In this document: positions 8,069 through 13,620 of the stretch, piece by piece
Layout: every line of letters begins with the position of its first letter
How positions within the stretch are numbered: the first letter of the stretch is position 1
Assembly: GCA_031409655.1 (NCBI GenBank)
Contig: JANNXQ010000303.1
Location: 1-13,620, forward strand
DNA: 13,620 nucleotides
From: Chthoniobacteraceae bacterium
Lineage (GTDB): Bacteria; Verrucomicrobiota; Verrucomicrobiia; Chthoniobacterales; Chthoniobacteraceae
Reading direction: 5' to 3'
Notes under the pieces: model-generated
What the model was told of the DNA's origin: nothing
The model's database searches: none
Seen by the model: only the letters and a program-made list of their open reading frames with translations
Position numbers and translations under genes: made by a program

Positions 8069-10149
8069 TCCTTTTTCTCCTTCACCCGACTGGTGTGCAG
8101 GCGCTGCACGTTCTCCCAGTAGTTGGTGGTGTTGCCGAATTCCACGCCGCCAGTCCAAAGCTCCCATTGCTCTTTCGTTAAAATCCCCTTCAGCTCTTTC
8201 TCCGGCACGGCCATGACGGGGAGAAACATACTGTAGCTCTGGAGATACCAGATGTTGCTGTAAGAAGAGGAGAACATCGACCCGATGTCCGGCCCATAGT
8301 CCTTCACCATCTTCGCGATCTGCGGCTCGAGTTTGCTCCCTTGCTCTGTCGTCAGCGCAATGCGGCGGTCCAACTCCGCCATGATGAGATTCGCGATGAC
8401 CTCGTCGCGCCAGGCACCGCGCGCATCGATCTCCTTCTTCCAGGCCGCCCGCTGCGCCTCGGTGAGTTCGGCGTTCACGGTCGCCTCCCACAGCATTCCA
8501 AGATCGGCGTCACCACTGCTCCGCCGCCCGGAGCTGTAGCGGTCAAGACTGATCAGCCGTTGCTGCACATTCTCCGGCGTCACGTCGCGCAACTGAGAGC
8601 GAATGGTTTGATCCGTATTCGCCTTCCAGACCGCCAGTTCGCCTTCCGCCACGCCGCGCGCGGCGATCGCAAGCTGACGAGTCGCTTGCGCCGAAAGGCC
8701 CGCCACGCGCGCGGCGTCTTCCGCTTTGACGAGATGGACCGCGAGCAGCCGCTTCCTTTCAGTGGCCGCCTTTTCGTGGAAATGATCCGAGATCGCGTTC
8801 TCCACATCCTCGGGCTCGCCGGGTTGCGGCGGTGGAGCCGTCTTCGTCGCTGGCGTGAGCGCGCGGGCGACCACCAGTCCGACCCGTGGCGCGGCGCTTT
8901 TTGCGTTGCACACTTCCTGCCAGCGCTGGCGCTGCGTCTCGTCGAGGATCGCTTTCAATTCTTCCTCCTTCACCGTGCGCCCGCAGACGAAGAGCTTCCC
9001 TAAATTGATCCGGTAATAAGGCTGTCCGATTTCGCCCGGGAGCACCGAGGGATCGGCTCGGACTTCGCGCTCGACCAACGGCCGCAAGCGCTCGCGCTGG
9101 TCCTCGGTGAAGGCGACCTGTTCGTCGAGTTGCGCGATCAAAACGCCCGCCAGCGCCTTGCTCTGCCGCTCCCGATATTCCTCCTGCATTCCCCGCAGGC
9201 GGCTCGCTTCTTTCGCCGACAAGAACTTCGCCACACCCTCCTCCCAGGCCGCTTTCTGGACCGCGATGTCGGACTCTTCCATGGGAACATGCAGCCCGGA
9301 ACGCACCACTTCCTCCCGCTGCTCCTGCTCCATGGCGAGGACGTTTCGCTCGGCGCGTTTTCGGACGTTTCCGAGGGCTGTCTCCACCGCGGCTTTGGCA
9401 ATGGCGTCGAGTGTCGCAGCACGGTCCTTCGAGAGCGCCAGCGCCGTCTTCGTCGATTCCACTTTCGACAGCAGCCCCTGCTCTTGCCCCACGCGCGTCT
9501 GCTCGATGGCTTTTCGGAGCACGTCCGCAGTCTCGCGCAGGACGGCCTCCTTTTTTTCCCCGCTCGCCTTTTCCCAGACGTTCGCTTGTTCGGGAGAAAG
9601 GACGCCTTTGAGTCCTTCAGCCCATTTCGGGTCTTCAAACGGGCGAAAATACCCTCCGAAAAAATCCGCAAACTGCGGCTGATCCATTTGCGATAAAATC
9701 TGATCCACGACTTCCGGTTGATCCACGTACGGACTTAGGGCATCCCTCATCCAACTCGAAAACTTCGGCGCCCAGACCTGCACGGAGGACTCGATCAGCG
9801 GATCGACGAATAGCCGCAGCCGCGCTTGTGCATCGGCTCCGAGGTCGGTGGTTTTCGCCACCAGGTCGATCTCCCGCTGCATTCGCTCCGCCCATTGTTT
9901 GCGTTTCGTCTCGTTGGCCTTCCCCAGAAACTCCGTGAGCTTCGCCTCCACCTCTGGCCCCAGATTGGGTTGCCGTTTGGCGTCAGCTTTGGTCTCCGCA
10001 CCGGTGAGCACGCTCAGCCCAATCACGAGCGATAGTACCGCGCTCAGCAAGAAGAAGTGGTCGCCGCTGTGCATCCAAGGAGCCGGGGCGCCCTCGCCCC
10101 GTGGATCAAACTCGCGGCGAGGGCGCCCCTTCTCCTTGAGCCCGTTCAT
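8065..10149 (-). CDS. Exported alpha-helical repeat protein with recurring L(T/S)xxQ motifs (694 aa), hypothetical
   Basis: Open frame with hydrophobic FFLLSAVLSLVIGLSVL near the N-terminus and repeated ..LSPEQ..W / LDETQ..RW / LTEAQ..AW / LTKEQ..LW units. ATG 10149 overlaps the upstream TGA (10146-10149); alternative ATG at 10074. Confidence 0.8.
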   Translation of the reverse strand: MNGLKEKGRPRREFDPRGEGAPAPWMHSGDHFFLLSAVLSLVIGLSVLTGAETKADAKRQPNLGPEVEAKLTEFLGKANETKRKQWAERMQREIDLVAKTTDLGADAQARLRLFVDPLIESSVQVWAPKFSSWMRDALSPYVDQPEVVDQILSQMDQPQFADFFGGYFRPFEDPKWAEGLKGVLSPEQANVWEKASGEKKEAVLRETADVLRKAIEQTRVGQEQGLLSKVESTKTALALSKDRAATLDAIAKAAVETALGNVRKRAERNVLAMEQEQREEVVRSGLHVPMEESDIAVQKAAWEEGVAKFLSAKEASRLRGMQEEYRERQSKALAGVLIAQLDEQVAFTEDQRERLRPLVEREVRADPSVLPGEIGQPYYRINLGKLFVCGRTVKEEELKAILDETQRQRWQEVCNAKSAAPRVGLVVARALTPATKTAPPPQPGEPEDVENAISDHFHEKAATERKRLLAVHLVKAEDAARVAGLSAQATRQLAIAARGVAEGELAVWKANTDQTIRSQLRDVTPENVQQRLISLDRYSSGRRSSGDADLGMLWEATVNAELTEAQRAAWKKEIDARGAWRDEVIANLIMAELDRRIALTTEQGSKLEPQIAKMVKDYGPDIGSMFSSSYSNIWYLQSYSMFLPVMAVPEKELKGILTKEQWELWTGGVEFGNTTNYWENVQRLHTSRVKEKKE
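10076..10138. repeat. Family A REPIN-like palindromic doublet, copy 3 (in frame in N-terminus of the LTxxQ-repeat gene)
   Basis: Arms 10076-10100 and 10114-10138 (3 mismatches), 13-nt spacer GTGGATCAAACTC; translates as KEKGRPRREFDPRGEGAPAPW. Confidence 0.95.
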
Positions 10150-13100
10150 TTCCGAGCCGCCTGGTTTTCGAGCAGGCTGAAGTACGCGTCGAGGCCGGGC
10201 TTGAATTCCGCCGGGAATTCTTTGCCCGCGCGCCCCGTCGCCTGACCGATGGCCCGCGCGGCGACGCTGCTCTCCGCGTCGGAGCCGGGGCCGAGATCGG
10301 CGAGCGCGGCGGAGGACGCCGTGGCCGCGCGGCCACCACCGCCGGGATTCGATCCGCCACCGCCGCCGCCTTTCGGGCTCATGCGTTTGGCTTGGAGCAG
10401 GAGTTCGATCGCTTCGGTCTCGGCGGCGATCGCGGTCGGGCCGGTTTCCGGCGTGACGAGGATACCTTGCGCTTCGTCCATCACCGTCACGACGGCTGAA
10501 AGCAGCGCCAGTTCCTTGGGAAATTTCGCCGCACCCTCCGGCAGCGCGCGGATGTCGCTGATCGCACTCGCGGTGTGTTGCGCGATGCTCGTCTGCTTTT
10601 CGCCAAGCACTTTTGCATCGGTGGAAAACTTCGCCTCTTCCAAGGCGGCCCGTGCATTTTCCATCTCGCGGGTTTCGTCGCGCAGCTTCATCTCGTCGCG
10701 CAGGGCTTGCATGACCTTGAGCACGATCTCCGGCGGCAGGCTGTCGCCGCTGCAACTCGAGCAGGATTTGCAATTGCTCGCCGCGACCATTTCCTCCGAC
10801 CAGCGATCCAGCGTGTCCGCCCAATACTCGGAACCCACGAGTCCCTGCCCGGTGAGATTGATCGCCACCTTCTCGCCGCCGCGGGCCAGCGCGCGGACGA
10901 CTTCGGTCTTCTTCATCTGATCGAGGATGTTCTTAAAATGGCTGTCCTGCTTGCGCTGGAAGTAGGCCTCGAGGTCGCTCTGGATCACGCGCACGACATC
11001 GCTCTGCGATTTCGCGTGTTTGGCGATCGGCTCCACGGCTTTCACGGGCTCGCGCTCAATGCCGAAGGCGTCGAGCGTCTTCTGATTGATGTCCGAGGCG
11101 ATGGCCATCTGCTGCCGCGACGCTGCTTTGAAGCGCTTCACGAAGGTGCTCGCTTCGAGACTCGCGAGGATTTCGCCGAGCTGATCGGAGACCTTGGCAA
11201 ACTCGGCGAGCAAATCCTTCTGCTCGGTAATCGCGGAATCGAGTTTCTCCTGCGCGGGCGACTCCGGTGGTTTCGGGGCTTCGTCGTCTTTCTTCGCGGG
11301 CGCGGCGGCGAGAGTGGTCTGGGGCAGGCCGAGTTTGCTGGCACCCGGCGGTTTTGGCGGGGCGTTTGGATCGGTCGGTTTGGGTTCGGGCGGTTTGCTG
11401 AAGCCGGCTTCGCGATCCGCGATGCTCGGCGCGGCGGGTTTTGGCAGAGCGTTGGGATCGATAGCCTGCGGAGTGGCTGGGGCCGAGGGAAGTGGCGCGC
11501 CTTGGGCGACGCTTGGCGCACTCTTCGCATCCTTCGCTTCGGAAGGTTGCCCAGGCTTGGCCTCCGACTGCTGCGGAGGCGCGGCGCCGGGCTTTCCGCT
11601 GGAAGGTTTCCCCGCAGTGGCGCTCGCGGTTTGTTTGAGCAGATCGGAGACACTCGGCATCCGGTTCGCGGCGATGTCCTTCAGCGACTTCAGCATCGTC
11701 GCCCACGATTCGAGCCGGTTCGCATCGAACTCCGGATTCTTCGTCGCCTGCTCGACGAGGCTGCGGCCGGAATTCGTCAGGCTATCGACGCGCGCGGCAT
11801 TCGCGTTTTCGGCGGAAGCCTGTTGCGAGACTTTGCGGCGATTCTCCGGGCGATCGAGTTCGGCGGCGTCGAGCGCGCGCAGTTCCTTGTTCGTCTGGTG
11901 GAGCTGTTGCTCGCGCTCGTAGCTTTCGCGGGCGACTTCGAGCCACTTGCCGAATTGCTCCGTGAGCCAGAGCGCGTGGTCGGTCTTGTCGAGCACATGG
12001 AGGATGAAGCTCGCCGACTTCGCGCGCTCCCGGCCCGGCAGATAGTCGTCGGTCCAGGCCCGCACTTCGAGGGTCTGCGGCGCCACCCCTTCGCGCGTCG
12101 CGCAGAAAGTCGCGCGTGCCCCCAGTTCCCGCTTCTCGGGTTCGCCCGCGGCAGCGATTTTCCAAGGAGCCGGGGCGCCCTCGCCCCGAGTTGCGTCACG
12201 GGGCGAGGGCGCCCCGCCTCCTTGAGCGCTCCATTCGAGCCCCACGCGCTGCACGCCGAAGTCATCGCTCGCGGCGAGGTCGAAGATGACGACTTCGGAG
12301 TCGAGCACGACTTGCTCGAGCGATTCGCGGCGCGCGATGATCCGCGGCGCCTCGTCGTCCAGCGCCCGCACTTTGAGCACGAGCGGATCGCGTGGGGTGA
12401 GGCCGTCCTGATCCTTCCAGGTGAACTTCCGTTCGCGGTCCGCGCTGACCGGCTCGTAACTCGTCACGATCTTCTCGCCATCGACTTTCTGCGCGAGGCC
12501 ATCGAGTTCTGCCGCCGCGAGCGCGCGGCTCGCCTTTGCTTCAAACGCGGCCTCCGCGCCCTTGAGCACGCTCACCGCACCGCCGCGCACGTCGAGGTGC
12601 TGCTCGGATTTGTATTGGAGGTAGGCCGGCAGGCGCAGCCGCACCGCGAGTTCCGTGAGCTCGGGACGCGGACGCGGCTGGAGCTGGATGGACTTCCGCA
12701 CATCGCCGAGCGCGAGCGCGAGCGCGGCGTCCTGCTTCTGCGGCGGAAAGGCGAGGGGATACGTGCCGGCGTCGAGTTTCGCGCGCACCGTCGGCTGCTG
12801 GCCGATCCGCGCGGTGCTTTGCTCCGGTGAGCGCCGGGTATCCGCCGCGAGCCGCACGGGCAGCTCGAAGGGCTCCGCATATGGCACCACCAGCCGGGCG
12901 GGCAGCGGCTCGACTTTGGCAAAGGTGTAACGCTCCACCGCGCGCCACGGCGTGCTCCAGCGGACGAAGGCATTGCGCGCCGCTTCATTCACCAAGGCAA
13001 ACGCCAGCACCGCCACGGCGCACGTTCCCGCCGCGGCCCAGCCCCACTGCCGATGCCGCGCTTCCGGCACGGCATGGGTGAAATCCTTGTCCTTCACCGC

Positions 13101-13502
13101 GTCGGCCGCCTGCGCCATCGCCGCCTCCACCAGCCGCTCGCTGCGCCCGGCCGCCGCGTGATCCATGCGCGAAAGCTCCACGATACCGAGGAGCTGATCG
13201 CCGAGCCGCGGGAAGGTCCGGCGCAAGAGCCGCGCTGCATCTTCCAGCCGCCGCTGCCGCCAGACCCACGCGTGCCACTTCAATGGCAGGCCGAGTCCGA
13301 GGACCGCCGCCCCGGCGACGAGCAGGCTCAGGCGCAGCCAGCCCGGTGTTTCAAAGAAACGATCGAGCGCGAAGACGAGCAGGTAAGAGAGCGCGATGCC
13401 GAAGAGGGCCGCGAGCAAGCCCTCCGCAAGTTTCACGACCCAGACGCGGCGGCGGAAATCGGCCAGCTTCGTTTCGAGGATCGGTGGGAGGTTCGTGTTC
13501 AT
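10146..13502 (-). CDS. Large membrane-anchored protein (1118 aa): ~3 N-terminal TM segments, beta-rich region, coiled-coil C-terminal half with Pro/Ala/Lys linker (DUF4175-like architecture)
   Basis: Hydrophobic stretches LLAALFGIALSYLLVFALD, LSLLVAGAAVLGLGL, AAAGTCAVAVLAFALV. Motifs P.LGDQLLGIVEL, PAYLQY, DDFGV and a C-terminal FPAEFKPGLDAYF. An in-frame stop lies shortly upstream of ATG 13502. Family assignment is from recall only. Confidence 0.8.
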   Translation of the reverse strand: MNTNLPPILETKLADFRRRVWVVKLAEGLLAALFGIALSYLLVFALDRFFETPGWLRLSLLVAGAAVLGLGLPLKWHAWVWRQRRLEDAARLLRRTFPRLGDQLLGIVELSRMDHAAAGRSERLVEAAMAQAADAVKDKDFTHAVPEARHRQWGWAAAGTCAVAVLAFALVNEAARNAFVRWSTPWRAVERYTFAKVEPLPARLVVPYAEPFELPVRLAADTRRSPEQSTARIGQQPTVRAKLDAGTYPLAFPPQKQDAALALALGDVRKSIQLQPRPRPELTELAVRLRLPAYLQYKSEQHLDVRGGAVSVLKGAEAAFEAKASRALAAAELDGLAQKVDGEKIVTSYEPVSADRERKFTWKDQDGLTPRDPLVLKVRALDDEAPRIIARRESLEQVVLDSEVVIFDLAASDDFGVQRVGLEWSAQGGGAPSPRDATRGEGAPAPWKIAAAGEPEKRELGARATFCATREGVAPQTLEVRAWTDDYLPGRERAKSASFILHVLDKTDHALWLTEQFGKWLEVARESYEREQQLHQTNKELRALDAAELDRPENRRKVSQQASAENANAARVDSLTNSGRSLVEQATKNPEFDANRLESWATMLKSLKDIAANRMPSVSDLLKQTASATAGKPSSGKPGAAPPQQSEAKPGQPSEAKDAKSAPSVAQGAPLPSAPATPQAIDPNALPKPAAPSIADREAGFSKPPEPKPTDPNAPPKPPGASKLGLPQTTLAAAPAKKDDEAPKPPESPAQEKLDSAITEQKDLLAEFAKVSDQLGEILASLEASTFVKRFKAASRQQMAIASDINQKTLDAFGIEREPVKAVEPIAKHAKSQSDVVRVIQSDLEAYFQRKQDSHFKNILDQMKKTEVVRALARGGEKVAINLTGQGLVGSEYWADTLDRWSEEMVAASNCKSCSSCSGDSLPPEIVLKVMQALRDEMKLRDETREMENARAALEEAKFSTDAKVLGEKQTSIAQHTASAISDIRALPEGAAKFPKELALLSAVVTVMDEAQGILVTPETGPTAIAAETEAIELLLQAKRMSPKGGGGGGSNPGGGGRAATASSAALADLGPGSDAESSVAARAIGQATGRAGKEFPAEFKPGLDAYFSLLENQAARK
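12163..12224. repeat. Family A REPIN-like palindromic doublet, copy 4 (in frame inside the 1118-aa gene)
   Basis: Arms 12163-12187 and 12200-12224 (1 mismatch), spacer GAGTTGCGTCAC; translates as QGGGAPSPRDATRGEGAPAPW. Confidence 0.95.
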
Positions 13503-13620
13503 GGCGCGGGATGGGTGGTGACATCAGTTCACAGGCGCAGACGTTAAAAACAAAGTGCGCGCTCCCCAGACTCCGGGCGAACGCCTCAATGGCTTGCGGG
13601 GCGGCATCATGATCGTGCGG

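Noticed and set aside
5553..8122. 462-aa and 450-aa plus-strand ORFs
   Set aside because: Almost entirely antisense to well-supported genes; Arg-rich shadow composition.
6933..10824. ORF-track N-terminal extensions to 7076, 8491 and 10824
   Set aside because: They overlap upstream genes by 148-679 bases; ATGA-coupled starts at 6932, 8068 and 10149 are more parsimonious.
40..12224. Family A repeats as a CRISPR array, intrinsic terminators or IS ends
   Set aside because: Copies are kilobases apart with no spacer array or cas genes, have no poly-T tails, enclose no transposase and show no evident target-site duplication.
10575..12830. 751-aa plus-strand ORF
   Set aside because: Antisense shadow of the 1118-aa gene in high-GC DNA; no recognisable motifs.
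13503..13620. Possible 3' end of an upstream minus-strand gene
   Set aside because: Two frames are open from the window edge (one stops just upstream of the 1118-aa gene, the other runs into it), but neither is recognisable in ~40 codons.

Overview
GC-rich bacterial window, probably Verrucomicrobiota/PVC (inferred from gene content and the FolP/HisF motif variants). The left part holds folP (+), a convergent stand-alone hisF (-) and a divergent DUF4912-type gene (+). The right ~10 kb is a minus-strand run of four envelope genes joined by three ATGA stop/start overlaps: a 1118-aa membrane-anchored coiled-coil protein, a 694-aa LTxxQ-repeat protein, a prenyltransferase/squalene-oxidase (QW) repeat protein and a 1269-aa multidomain protein ending in a TlpA-type WCGPC thioredoxin domain. 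The most striking signal is absent from the ORF track. Four copies of a 62-63 bp REPIN-like palindromic doublet (arm consensus CAAGGAGCAGGGGCGCCCTCGCCCC) and one 123-bp palindrome of a second family are present, and four of these five lie in frame inside predicted coding sequence. Three sit between the coupled start codon and the signal-peptide hydrophobic core of three consecutive genes. No mobilising transposase (RAYT) is visible in the window. No database searches were run.
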